DNA from: Zancudomyces culisetae HAW-14-8
Taxonomy: Eukaryota; Fungi; Kickxellomycota
Length of the DNA: 64,000 nt
Assembly (NCBI GenBank): GCA_052426225.1
Contig: JBNJNM010000021.1
Coordinates: 2,976,001 to 3,040,000 of the forward strand
Direction of reading: 5' to 3'
Positions 42,900-55,865 of this stretch are shown piece after piece; position 1 is the first letter of the stretch, and each line of letters begins with the position of its first letter. The position numbers and the translations under genes were made by a program. The notes beneath the pieces are model-generated. The model was not told the origin of the DNA, searched no databases, and was given only the letters and a program-made list of their open reading frames with translations.

Positions 42900-44651
42900 T
42901 ATTATCTCTTCTGAATCATTTGTTTTTATTATTAACCGATTCACTGACAAAAATTAGCTCTTGGTAGATATTAATGAAACATACAACTAATATTAATTGA
43001 ATAAAATTTAACCAAAAACGAAATGTAACATTAACAAATACAATAAAATTAGCGATAAAGTTTAAAACTTAAATTATATAGCTATAAAAAGCAGCAATCA
43101 AGCTTCGCTTTTCAAATTCAGCGACATCTTGTAGAAGGATGGATCGGTACAGTCCGATCTAGATAAAGTTTCAGTCTACCCTGGCTTACTGGGGAAACCC
43201 CCAGAAACCTGCTCCTTTGCATAGGAGGAGGGAAAAACAAGATTGGAGTTAGTTTGGAAAGCATTGCATTCAATCGTAATGAGGCGTTTGAGTGCATAGG
43301 CCAGGCTATCGACAATACTTGTGCGGATTATGATTAAAGCCTTCAGTCAATATCCTATACATCACTTTTTTTAAAGAAGAAACAGATATATTAGATCACG
43401 TGATCTAATCTACTACGGCAAAATTTTTGAAAATATAGCAACAGCAGAGCTTGTCATATAGCGAGCATACGATGGAAGATCCTAGGTGATTTTATAGTAA
43501 ATATTATTTTTATTCTATATGTTTTGATTTCTTCACCAACTAAATATTATTATCGATTTACAAATAGTTTTTTATACATAATTTTTAGATATAAATTTTT
43601 TCTAAGTATTAGAAACAAAATAAATAGTTTATTAGATGTAAGATATTTGTAGAGTATTTACCGACTCTAATGAAAATGGGTGCAATATAAATGATAAATT
43701 TATAATTTCAATATTAGAAATTTTGTGCCCTTCCATCATTATATTTCTAGGAAGTAAAAGAAATATAAAATACTAATAATAAAATAAATATATTTAGCAA
43801 AGTAATATTTCTGTATACGACTGGCAGAAAATATTATATAACAAGCTAAGTGATAAGCTGGTCAACATCAAAATACCTACCAGACTGGGTAGTACACTAC
43901 CAGAAACCTTAAAAGCAATCAAAAACAGTCTGGAGGGTTTAGGAATAAAAAGGACAAACTACGTGGAAATACAAAAAAGCAAACTTTTTCTCACCAAACT
44001 ACACTAATATTCTCTTTAAACCAAATGAGGGTATAATAATGAAATACCAACAACGCTCAATGTCAATGACAAAACTTTGAGGTGATTCTGGAAGGGTAGT
44101 CCAAAGCAATGAAACCATTGCAAGATCTATGGACTTGTAAGGGCAGAATTCCCAGTCTGACTTGCTGTAGCGTTTGGTTCAACCCAGAAAATAGAGCCAA
44201 GAGAAAAAATCATACTACCAGCACCACAAATAATTCCGCGATTAGCGCGTACCAACAAATGCAAAAACAACAACACAACCAGATCAAAACGTGGCTAATG
44301 AACAACACGGGAATATAGAAAAAACAGACAGGTTGAAAATAAAGGAGCGGAAAATGCTGCTCAGGGATAATAGCTATCATCTCTTTAAACAACATTGGTG
44401 TCAACGACACACAATACAGTACTAATAGTAGAAGGTCAGACATGGTACAAGATAGTTCATACGAAAATAGTACGGAAGATTTAAATATCGTGGAAACTAA
44501 CCAAGCCCAAACAGACGAAACGACTGGGATGGCCGTGGGCGAAGTGAATTTCCACTCCACCACACAACTAAATATACCACCAATATTATCAAATGAAAAT
44601 CAGTTTCGGCATTCAAGTAAGTTCGCCCATAAGCCCCACAAATCATTTAAT

Positions 44652-44743
44652 TGTTATGGTTTTAAATTATATGAAACCTTTGTCTCCACAGGACAATGTT
44701 TCATATAATTTATCAATTATAACCATAACATTTACCGACCTCC
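44652..44743 (+). repeat. 5' fragment of family X LTR, interrupted by element D
   Basis: Matches 16662-16753. Confidence 0.85.
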
Positions 44744-45576
44744 TGTTATAAACAATGAGCTGCTTATAACTATGCTGTGATTAAATTCAGTATTATTATT
44801 TATTAGGAAGAAGTAGTTATTTAGAAAAATATATTATTAGATGAGTTAATGATATATTTTTCTCTGATGTATCCCAACGGAATTTCGAAGGGTTTATATA
44901 TTTTTTCATCAGAGAAATTTGCTATGAAAAAACTTAGTGATAATAATTTTTTAGTTTTAAAATTTTACTATGTAAAAATGAACTAATTTAAAGTAACTAT
45001 CAAAATTGAGTTTATCAAACTTCTTGTTTGATTTATTCATGAGATTACTTTATCGATTTTAACATGTATTTTGTTTATCGATTTTAACATGTATTTTGTT
45101 TATCGAATTTTATCATGGTTTTTGGTTATCCACTTTTATCATGGTTTTTGGTTATCTATTTTGCCTACGATATTGTATATCGATTTTGCCTACGATATTG
45201 TATATCGATTTTGCCTATGATTTTGTATATCGATTTTAACATGAATTTTATAAATTTAATTATTGAAAATTTTCTTTAATTTTCTTTGTCAATTTTCCCA
45301 ATAATAAATACTGTGATTTCATGGAGAATTTTGCATACATGATTCCAATGTCGGAATGGTTATTTGAATGTCGTAAGTGAAATAATAAAATAGTTTAATT
45401 TTTTATAGAACAAAAATGTAAACTAAAATTTATGTTCCGGGAATTTGCCATTCCTAACATTTTAGGATCGATTCCAACAAAGATCCATTTTTTGGAATAT
45501 ATTGCCATTCCTAACACTATACTAGATCAAAATATTATATTTATTATTTTCTGACACCAGCCTAAGTATTTTAACC

Positions 45577-46797
45577 ATGGAACCGTTTAGCCCAGAACAA
45601 GTTGAATTCCTCAACAAAGCCGCCGTGACCCTGCCAGCAGTTGAAGAAGCCCTCCAGCAACTACTAATAAGAGTAGAAAAAGCCGAGTCTGCCATCAAGG
45701 AACACCCTGCCACAGTATCCAAGAAAATTATTGACAAGGTCAAAGCAGACACTACCAAGTCCATCCAGACCATTCTTGACTCCATGAACAACCTCCAGTC
45801 CGATATCCAGAATTCAGACCAGCTAACCCAAAGCGCCATACAGGCCAACCAGTTGGAAATCCAATCCCTTCAGGACCAGCTCAGTACCCTCAGGAACGAA
45901 GTCATACTTTATAAAACTGAAAACCGTGCCACCAAAGTTGCTAGTACTTCTGAACCTAGTATCAAAGTCAGACACCCAGACACATTTTCAGGAAAACCCT
46001 CCGCCTGTTCCAACTTCTTTTCACAGCTTGCTCTCGTCTTTGCCGCTTCACCCGATAAATTCAACACTGACTCAAGTAAAGTCTTGTATGCCATCTCCTA
46101 CCTCTCAGGCACACCATTCAGTTACATGGAACCTTACCTCATGAAAGCAAACCTTCCAGAGTCTGACCGTCCTGTCATCCTCTCCAACTACAATCTGTTT
46201 AAAGAAACTATCACTCGTGCCTTTGGTGATCCCAACCCTATTGAGAATGCTGATAGGGCAATCCGCCAACTCCGCCAAACCACTTCCGTTGCCGCATATG
46301 CCACCGAGTTTAGACGCCTACAGATGTTAATTGACTGGAACCAACCACCTTTGATCTCACAGTTTCTATCCGGTCTCAAGTACAACGTATCCCAGGAACT
46401 CAACCGTAGAGAACCAATAGAAGACATCGATACCCTGATCTCTACAGCCATCCAGATCGACAACCGCCTCTTCAGCCATCCACAACGTCGTCAACCTCCA
46501 GTTAACCCCACTGCAACTATGCCACCCAAACCCACTGCTTACAACCCGTTTGCTTCACCTGTTTCTGCACCATCTACCACTCCACCAGCTAATAGTGATG
46601 GACCTCAACCAATGGATCTCAGTACCGCTTCATCGACTAGAAGACCACCACTTACTCCTGCTCAAAGAGCATACCGTATCGAAAACAACCTCTGTCTCTA
46701 TTGTGGCGGTAATGACCATTTCAACATCAACTGCCCAAAGAAGCGCCACAACATCTCCAGCATTACACCAACACAGGAAAACGACACCGCCCAGTAG
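45577..46797 (+). CDS. Gag of element D
   Basis: HPDTFSG, LRQTTSVAAYATEF and CLYCGGNDHFNINC. Confidence 0.93.
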   Translation: MEPFSPEQVEFLNKAAVTLPAVEEALQQLLIRVEKAESAIKEHPATVSKKIIDKVKADTTKSIQTILDSMNNLQSDIQNSDQLTQSAIQANQLEIQSLQDQLSTLRNEVILYKTENRATKVASTSEPSIKVRHPDTFSGKPSACSNFFSQLALVFAASPDKFNTDSSKVLYAISYLSGTPFSYMEPYLMKANLPESDRPVILSNYNLFKETITRAFGDPNPIENADRAIRQLRQTTSVAAYATEFRRLQMLIDWNQPPLISQFLSGLKYNVSQELNRREPIEDIDTLISTAIQIDNRLFSHPQRRQPPVNPTATMPPKPTAYNPFASPVSAPSTTPPANSDGPQPMDLSTASSTRRPPLTPAQRAYRIENNLCLYCGGNDHFNINCPKKRHNISSITPTQENDTAQ

Positions 46798-49700
46798 ACA
46801 GTAAGGGACACCTATTGGGCAACTTAGCCAGTCCCCACGCCACTGTAACCACTCCTGTTTCTGACACCCAATCTCCTGATAAACCATACACCTTGACCAT
46901 TCCTGTAACCATCTTGTCCAAGCACCACCACATCAAAACCTACGCTATGGTTGATTCTGGTGCTTCGTCCTCGTTCATTGACGCCACCTTTGCTCTAAAA
47001 AACAATCTACCATCTATATCTAGAAAAATGACAATCACGCTCGCTGACGGATCAAAGCTTAGATCCAACTCTGCCTCCCAAGTAACACTAAAAATCAATG
47101 ATAACCATCTCGAAAGTATCTATCTGCAACAACTAGATCTTGGATCTTCACCAATCATCCTTGGTCTTTCCTGGCTTCAACAACACAATCCTGACATCAA
47201 CTGGACTGAGAACATAGTCCATCTGCCTTGTACCTTGACTTCTTGTGGGCCCAACCATGTCAACCTAGACATATCTCTTGTGGGCTCAAACCAGTTTAAA
47301 GAACATCTGAAGGCACCAGACACTGTCTATGCTGGTGCAATTACCGTGAACAATCTTGAATCCCTTGTAGCTCCCGAATCTTGTGAAAATCTCTGTCTTG
47401 TCTCTGAATCTAATCCTGAAAACCCTGTAACTCCTGTAATCCCTGAAAAGTATAAAATGTTTGAATCTGTCTTCTCTGAATCCCAATCTGCCAAACTGCC
47501 TGAACATCGTCCATATGATCATACCATTCCTTTGCTTCCTGACTCAAAGATACCATATGGCCCATTGTACAACCTTTCCCAATTGGAACTAAAGACCCTG
47601 TACGACTACATTCAGGAAAACCTAGCCAATGGTTTTATCCAACGCTCTGAATCCCCGGCTGGGGCTCCCGTCCTATTTGTAAAAAAGAAAGATGGTAGTC
47701 TCCGGTTGTGCGTCGACTATAGAGCCCTGAATAAGATCACTGTCCCCAACCGTGCAGCCTTGCCACTCATCTCTGAAACCTTGGATCGGCTTGGCAAAGC
47801 CAAGATATTCACCAAGATGGATATGAAATCCGCATACCACATGATCAGGATCACGCCTGGTGAAGAATGGAAGACCGCGTTTCGTACACGCTACGGCCAC
47901 TTCGAGTATAAGGTCATGCCGTTTGGCCTTATGAATGCTCCAGCCACGTTCCAGTCCTTTGTTAACGATCTCTTCCGTGAATACATTGATCAATTCCTTG
48001 TTGTGTACATCGATGATCTGTTAATCTACTCAGATGATATCGATAAGCACTATGACCACGTCTGCCTTGTCTTGAAGAAGCTTCAGGAACACAATCTCAC
48101 CCTCAAGCTAGAGAAATGTGAGTTTGATGTACAATCAGTACAGTTCCTCGGTTTTGTAATTGGCCCCAACGGAATCTCTATGGATCCATCAAAAGTATCC
48201 AGCGTCACCGAATGGAAGACACCAGCTTGTGTCCGTGACATTCAGGTATTCCTTGGCCTTACAAACTTCTACCGCCGTTTTATTCTGAACTACTCCAAGA
48301 TATCTCTGCCACTTACCGCCTTGTTGAAAAAAGGTGTTCAATTCCAGTGGACACCCAAAGCTGAAGAAGCTTTCGCCTTGCTAAAAGAAACCATGATCAG
48401 TAACCCAGTCTTAGCTCACTACAATCCTGACCAGCCTTGTATCATCGAAACCGATGCATCAGATTTTGCATTAGGTGCCATTTGCAGCCAGTATGACAAC
48501 GAGGGACAACTCCACCCTGTTGCATACTACTCCCGGAAACTCCTGCCTGCTGAAGTGAATTATCAAATCTATGATAAGGAACTGTTAGCAATTATCGACG
48601 CTTTTGCTCACTGGCGTCACTACCTTGAGTTTTCTGTACACCCAACCGTTGTTATGACCGACCATAAAAACTTGGAATACTTCTCCACTACCAGAAATCT
48701 TAGTCGCCGCCAAGTCAGATGGTCAGAATACCTCAGTAACTTCAACTTTGTCATCAAGTACCGCCCTGGAAAACAGAACACTGCCGCCGATGCTCTTTCT
48801 CGGAAAGACCAACCTTGGAAGGGGGGTGACTCCCGTACTGACCAAAACAAAATAACTTTGCTGCCTCCTGAAATCTTCTTGAAGTCCATGACTAGTACAC
48901 CTGTTGAACCTTTGTCCTCCACGCTCATGAACAACATCAAGTCACTACAACCCAAAGACACGTACTTTGGACCCATTTACACTGAATTATCCAAGAAACC
49001 TGATTCCCATGAAAAGTACACTCTTGTTGACAATCTTCTGCACTATGATGGACTAATCTGTATCCCCTCGGACGACAACATCAAAAGAACAATTCTGATT
49101 GAATGCCATGATTCCCCTGCTGCCGGCCACTTTGGAAATGCAAAGACATACGAACTTGTATCTCGCAACTTTTACTGGCCAACCATGAGAAAATATATCA
49201 AAGACTACATCTCTGGTTGCGATACCTGTCAACGCAACAAATCCTCTCGCCATAAACCATATGGCTACCTCGCTCCACTTCCCGTTCCTGATTCACCTTG
49301 GTCATCTGTTTCTGTCGACTTCATCACTCAGCTACCTCCATCCAATAACTTTACTGCAATCTGTGTATTTGTGGATCGCCTTACCAAGATGGCGCATTTT
49401 GTTCCCACAACCAATGAAATTGATGCTGAAGGTACTGCAGATCTGTTTATCCAACATGTCTTCTGCAAACATGGGCTCCCTAAAGACATCGTATCTGATA
49501 GAGGTGTAACCTTCAATTCATCATTCATGCGTTATCTAATGAAATCACTGAATATTGAACAGAAAATGTCCACTGCATTCCATCCTCAGACAGATGGACA
49601 AACTGAACGCGTAAACTCAGTATTGGAACAGTATCTCAGGTGCTACATTGATTACCAACAAACTGATTGGTCAAAGTGGTTACCAATTGCCGAATTCGCC

Positions 49701-50391
49701 TACAACAACACATCCCATGCTTCTACTAAGACCACACCTTTCTACGCAAACTATGGCTTCCATCCACGCTTCTCAGTCACAATTCCTCGTACTCAAGTTT
49801 TAAATCCTGCCTCCTCTGATAGATCCAAACGACTATCTGATATTCACCAAGAACTGAAGTTTAACATCTCCCTTGCCCTTGAAGACCATGAGAAATACTA
49901 CAACCGAAAAGTATCATCACAACCTGACTTCAACATTGGTGATCTTGTCTATCTCTCAACTTAACATCAGGACTCAAAGACCAAGCAAGAAGCTTGACTA
50001 TCGGAAACTTGGCCCATTCAAAGTATTGGAAAAGATTGGACAAAGATCATACAAACTCCAGCTACCACACACAATGAAGATTCACCCAGTATTCCACGTC
50101 AATCTCCTTGAACCTTGTAAACCAGATCTGATCCCAGACAGACCATCAAAACCGCTTCCACCTGTGATCATTGATGGCCAAGAAGAATATGAAGTTGAGA
50201 AAATCCTAGATAGTAAAATATTTGGTAGAACTGTCAAATACCTGGTACACTGGAAAGGATACCCAGACACTGAACGTACCTGGCAAACATATTCTGACTT
50301 AGCAAATGCAAAATATCTTGTCACTGAATTCCATCGTCACCATCCTGAAAAACCAAAGCCACCACAAATGCTTCACGGAGCTCAGCCTTAA
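46776..50391 (+). pseudogene. Pol of element D, with one frameshift near 49960 before the GPF/chromodomain region
   Basis: VDSGA, YIDD, TDAS, HHCC and DDE in ORF 46815-49964. GPF and chromodomain in ORF 49873-50391. Confidence 0.92.
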
Positions 50392-50815
50392 GAGGGGAGG
50401 TCGTGTCATGAACTGATTCTAGCATGTTCGAAAACGTTCTAGAATCATCTGATTTTATTCCGCAGTAATGTTTAGAATGTTGGGGAACATTCTAGAACAT
50501 TACCGAAAATTCACATTATTTATTAATTTTTCTTACGTAATAATTTTCACATGTTTAATTATATTAGCATTCGAGTTTGATTTTTGTTTGATTACTAATC
50601 CAATTTGATTAGTAATCACACACGTTTTACTTTAACTTGCATTTTAAGCTATTCCGCAGTTTTCATAGTGATTTTGTTCAAAAACCAAGGCTGGAAAAAA
50701 GTATAAAAAGGGTACAATTTTCCTGTCTTGGATTCAGTATCTAGTATCTTGTATACATTCATACAATAAACTTTAAAAATAATAAATATAACTCTCCTGA
50801 CTCCAGATCTTGACA

Positions 50816-51068
50816 ATAAGTGAATAGAATAAACGAAACTAAACTTGTTGTATAACTTATCGTTTCATCATGATAATCGTATAGCATTTATACTTTTCAT
50901 GATGGGACGATAATGTTAATAATATACTAATTTAAAACATATCTAAAACACAACTAAAACATTAAATTAATAATGGGGAGGTAAGTAAATGTTATGGTTA
51001 TAATTGATAAATTTTATCAAACATTGTCCTGTGGAGACAAAGGTTTCATATAATTTAAAACCATAACA
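50816..51068 (-). repeat. Inverted partial family X LTR
   Basis: Reverse complement of about the first 255 bp of 16662-16970. Confidence 0.85.
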
Positions 51069-51069
51069 G

Positions 51070-51376
51070 TTTTATCGGCATGCTTCGAGAAAAGATAACC
51101 AAGATTACAAGTACCAAACGCACAATAGATTCAAACGAACATGGCTCAAGGTCAAATGTTCGTGGTTTTCTATCGAGCCAGGAGAGGAAAGCCAAGTTGA
51201 TGTCTAGTCGTATCGTCCTTATTGTTTTATTTTTTAACCTATATTGAGCGTATTAATAATAATTTTTTTGAGAAATTGAAATCATTTAATAATTTTAGAT
51301 TTGGGAATTGTTTAAACCTAGTAAAATTTATATTTATGAATTATAAATAAATTTCAGTTATAAAAAAAAAAAAAAA
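51070..51376 (+). mobile_element. Possible LINE 3' end with poly(A)
   Basis: Short coding-like tail (RFKRTWLKVKCSWFS..stop), an AT-rich UTR-like stretch, then A15 at 51362-51376. Confidence 0.35.
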
Positions 51377-51800
51377 GGCAACACATAACAGACTGTCGCA
51401 TCAAAGATCGACAGATGGACGTCTCACTCGGGTTATAGCGAGTGAGATGTAATAATTTACCTAGTGCTTTTCACCTATGAGGTTTTTCACTGCGTAAATT
51501 ATCATTTCCCAAATAATTTTAATTTCGGATGGTTTATATATTATTCATAGTATTTTATATTTTAGTATATATACAGAAAATGCATTTAAGCACAGCTTTG
51601 GTCTTCTATGTTTTTAGCATCTTATTTCGGATTAGAAGTTAATATACACTTTATTATAATAAAAACAATATTAACAAAAGAACTAAGGTCCTACCTCTTA
51701 CTGGTAGTAAATAAACCATTTCAACATACTAGAGAAAGCAAGAAAGTCGGATAAGTCCGACAAACGGAAAATAAATTCTGACAGTCGCAAAGTGGATTCT

Positions 51801-52136
51801 TTAGGTAATCCCACTCGCGCTCTCACCACGTGCCAAGCTTGGGGAAGCTTGTTCTGTGGTCTCGGTTACACTCCTCTTGTGTAACTGAATGTTCATTAGG
51901 ATGTTCTCGGATGAGACACTATCCCTATATCCCGTCGGAGATGGTGTATCTACCGACATGCTTTCCGGGCTTCTACGGATCTGGATCTGTCGGACGCTTT
52001 CCGTCAGTTCCCCAAGGGTTCGAGGACTGATTGTCCCGATATCCTGGTCCATGCTACTGCCCCTAGTACTGTTGGAGGCGGTTGACGAATCTCTCCTAGA
52101 CTCTCTCACACCTGTGTTAAACAAATAGTTAATCAT
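51801..52136 (-). other. Short ORF of unknown function, paralog 1
   Basis: Shares GSSMDQD.G..SP.TL..LT.SVRQIQIR.S with 52592-52879. Confidence 0.45.
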
Positions 52137-52591
52137 TATGATTATTTTACTTTAAGTTGATCTGAATTATCTTTATTTAAACTGAGTTTATTAATTAATC
52201 CGTATAGTAGGACATGGATCAGTTTTCTACTAAACTGCTATATCACATATATATATGATTAAACTTATATGCTAACTTAGTTTTCCAATAAAATAAAGTA
52301 ATTATACACTATTAACATTTTGTTAAGTATACTAATAGTTTTGTTTCATAATTGCAGCATACGTGCAATTACGATTATGTGTGGGAACACATAATCATTA
52401 AAATTATTTGATGTTCAGTATGAAAATATATTTCGTACTAGAATCATCATTATTGAATGGACTCTGCATGTAGATTTTATTTCATGCTGAGTCGAATTTA
52501 ATTTGAACAAAAATTTAAACGACAATAAAAATTATAAAAATTGGCATTTCGCGATGAGTATACAGCGAAATTTCTCGTACACTATTCGAAT

Positions 52592-52879
52592 TTACATTGA
52601 AATTCGGCTTATTGCGACTGTCGCAATATGGATACTGGGGGTTACACAATTGCTCTGTAACCTTATCCCCATTTGCGCAGAATGAGGTGACACACACCCC
52701 TTTGGAGGTGTAGGGGAAAGTCTGATCCCCGACGGACTCCCTAGGCTGCTACGGATCTGTATCTGACGCACGCTAGTAGTCAGATCTTTCAAAGTCTGGG
52801 GGCTTAATACCCCAGCATCCTGATCCATGCTGCTGCCAGTACTTCTTCCGAAAGATGATGAAGTGGTACTTATTGCCAT
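52592..52879 (-). other. Short ORF of unknown function, paralog 2
   Basis: Shares GSSMDQD.G..SP.TL..LT.SVRQIQIR.S with 51801-52136. Confidence 0.45.
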
Positions 52880-53837
52880 CTCCTCATCTTCATACCCATT
52901 TGAGTATTACATTTTCGTAGTTTTGTTATATTTTTTATTATTATTACTTAGATTTTTATTTAATACGTCCGTATATTAAGACATGGATGACGCTTTCAAA
53001 TTCATCCTATGTCTTTTATTTATATAAACTAACACTTTATAAATAATCACTAAGCTAACATCCATAAAAAACAATATTACTATATTAATGTTTGCGTTGA
53101 AACGTTGGTGTATGAATGTGTTGTTAACAATCATTCATACATACCTCAACGTTTCTTGGATGAACAATGGAATTGTTCAGCAACGTGTAATCTGATCCAA
53201 TACACGTTGCTATGCCGTGATACCCGGATCTAGTATCTCGACACGTGTCGTGTAGAAATACGACGATAACTTATAAGCAACATGCTTTTATTTATTGGTT
53301 ATTAGGTTTTAGTTAATATGTTTTTTAGATTGGACTTTTACTATCCCCTTGTGGTATTTGTCGAATAGTCTTTTAATTACAAATAATTATTAAAAATTAT
53401 TATGGAATTTGTGGAGTAAAAGAAAATTCCCAACATTAAAAATTTAGTGATTCTTAATCTGAAAATAAAAAATTTTATAAATCGACTAGCAATAAAAGAT
53501 TATACTCTTATTATAAGTATAAAATAAAATATACAGTGATAAGTAATTCCATAAGTAAATAACATATTAAACATGAAATTTAATTTATCAAACGATGTTG
53601 TATTATATTATTTTGATTACTAGTGATATTTATTTATGTAAATACAGTGACTCAAAAAATTGTTCAAATGTTTTTGATGTTCATTCAAAAATTAGTATAT
53701 TTCACGAATATTATATCGTATCACTAAAAAAATTACATTTATTATACATTAATATACCATGTATTACCTATCAAAATTTTAGAATACTTGAACCAGCCAA
53801 TCAACTATAGTTATACTTTTTGTAATAATATTTTATT

Positions 53838-54537
53838 TGTTATAAACAATGAGCTGCTTATAACTTGGAGTAGAGATTTGTTATGCTTGATTAATATTTA
53901 TTTAGGGACAAGTAAGTATTTAGAAAAATATAATATTTGATGTGTTGATAAATACATATTTTTCTCTGATGTATCCCAACGGAATTTCGAAGGGTTTATA
54001 TAATTTTTCATCAGAGAATTTTAATGTGAAGAAAAACTTAAAATCAATACATCTTAGCTATAAAATTTGTTTATGTAAAATTGAACTAGTTTAAGGTATC
54101 TACTTATTGTGAAACTTGTAATTTTCATTTGTTGATTTTAGCATAGATATGGTTTATCAATTTTAACATTGATTTAGTTATCAATTTTAACAATGATTTT
54201 GTTTATCGATTTTATCATAGTTTTTGTTTATCGATTTTAGCATTGATTTTGTTTATCGATTTTATCATGGTTTTTGTTTATCGATTTTATCATTGATTTT
54301 ATTTATCAATTTTATCATGGATTTTTGATAAATTTAATTATTGGAAAATTTCTTGATTTTGCTTAGTAAATTTTCCCAATAATAAAATCAGAAAATTCAT
54401 GGTGAATTTCGCAAACATGATTCCAATGTCGGAATGGCATATTAAAAAACCGGAAATGAAATAATAAAATAGGTTAGATTTTTAGTAGGCCAAAATGTAA
54501 CTAAAAATTATGTTCCGGGAATTGGCCATTCCTAACA
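53838..54537 (+). repeat. Solo LTR, family Y, inside the left TIR of Tc1-2
   Basis: TGTTA...TAACA with perfect TSD TTATT. Internal ~26-bp minisatellite. Confidence 0.92.
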
Positions 54538-55384
54538 TTATTTGAACAATTATTTGGTTTTAAATTAAATTTATCAATTTTGATGATATCTTTTACATAA
54601 TGTTAGATATCATTTAAATAAATTATTTATACTAGATATAACTTACAATTATCTAACAATAATTATATATTAAAATTAAATTTTTGATCAATTTAATTAC
54701 GATGAAAAAACTCAATAATGATAAAGTTTGGAGTGTTATAAATCTGCTGGATAATGGATACTCATATAGCCTAATTGCATCTAAACTATCTATTAGTAAA
54801 GGGACAATATCCAACATATAAATAAAGTATAGTCCATCAATAAAAAATTTATCACCTGGCTGCACAAATAAATTGACAAAAGCTAATGAGCGAATAATAA
54901 TTCGTAAAATTACGTCTGGACAATATGATACAGCGACAGAAGCTACAAAATTTCTTAAGGATAATGGCCTCGTGTCTGTGGTTCTTCAAAATGTGCGAAA
55001 TAGCTTTAATAATAATGATTTAAGTGCAAAACCTAAGGTCAAAAAACCTATGCTAAAATTAGGCCATATTAAACAACGACTTGCATTTGCTAAAAATTAT
55101 CAGCATTGGACTGTAGAAGACTGGAAACGTGTGATATGGTCTGACGAGACTAAAATTAACAGATTTGGGTCAGATGGGCGCATGTGGTGCTGGATAAAAC
55201 AAGGGAGCCAGTTAAAACCGAACCATGTTAAAAAAACTTAAAACATGGTGGAGGTTCAATCATGATATGGGGATGCATGACTTCAGAAGGCCCAGGATAT
55301 CTTACTAAAATTGATTGCGGACTTAATGCTGAACTGTACTGTGATATTCTTGAAGACGAACTGGAAAAATCAATGGAGTGGTAC

Positions 55385-55865
55385 TGTTATGTTTCACATG
55401 TAGCATAACAGTATTGTATATTTAATACAATATAAATAATTAATATTAATGACATTACAAGTGTATCATTAATATTTATTAATTATTAGTTATATTAATT
55501 AATTATTACTTAATAATTAGTTTAAAACATTAATATTGATACACATGATCAATATATAATGTATCCTCATTAATATTGTGTATATTAATGATATTAGTTT
55601 ATTAGTTTTTAATATTAGTTATAATAATAGTATTAGTTTATATTAAAGTTTTAGTACAAACTTAAATGTATAAAAGGAAATACTAATCCCTTTCATGAAC
55701 AATTAAGTTTGTCAATCTCGTTTAACATAATAAAGATATTATTAATTAATATTATATTTATTACTGTGTGTTTTAAACTAGTATAAGTTATAATAACTTT
55801 TATAAATTAACTGTGTGTTAATTAGTTAATATCTTTATTATTGTGTATAATATTGGTATCTAACA
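55385..55865. repeat. Solo LTR, family V, inside the Tc1-2 transposase
   Basis: TGTTA...TAACA with perfect TSD GGTAC. The transposase resumes after it. Confidence 0.92.

Larger units (their letters stand above)
44744..50815 (+). mobile_element. Chromovirus-type Ty3/Gypsy element (element D) with non-matching LTRs (5' family Y, 3' family Z)
   Basis: Y LTR 44744-45459, gag, pol with chromodomain, PPT AAGAGGGGAGG 50390-50400, then Z LTR 50404-50815. No TSD. Confidence 0.9.

Noticed and set aside
43085-44651. GC-richer coding-like patches (possible LINE ORF1 or gene relic)
   Set aside because: Frames are heavily broken and have no diagnostic motif, so no product can be assigned.
54130-54330. 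CRISPR-like appearance of ~26-bp repeats (also 45045-45250 and 63106-63205)
   Set aside because: Units are directly tandem without unique spacers and lie inside LTRs. There are no cas genes and the DNA is eukaryotic.
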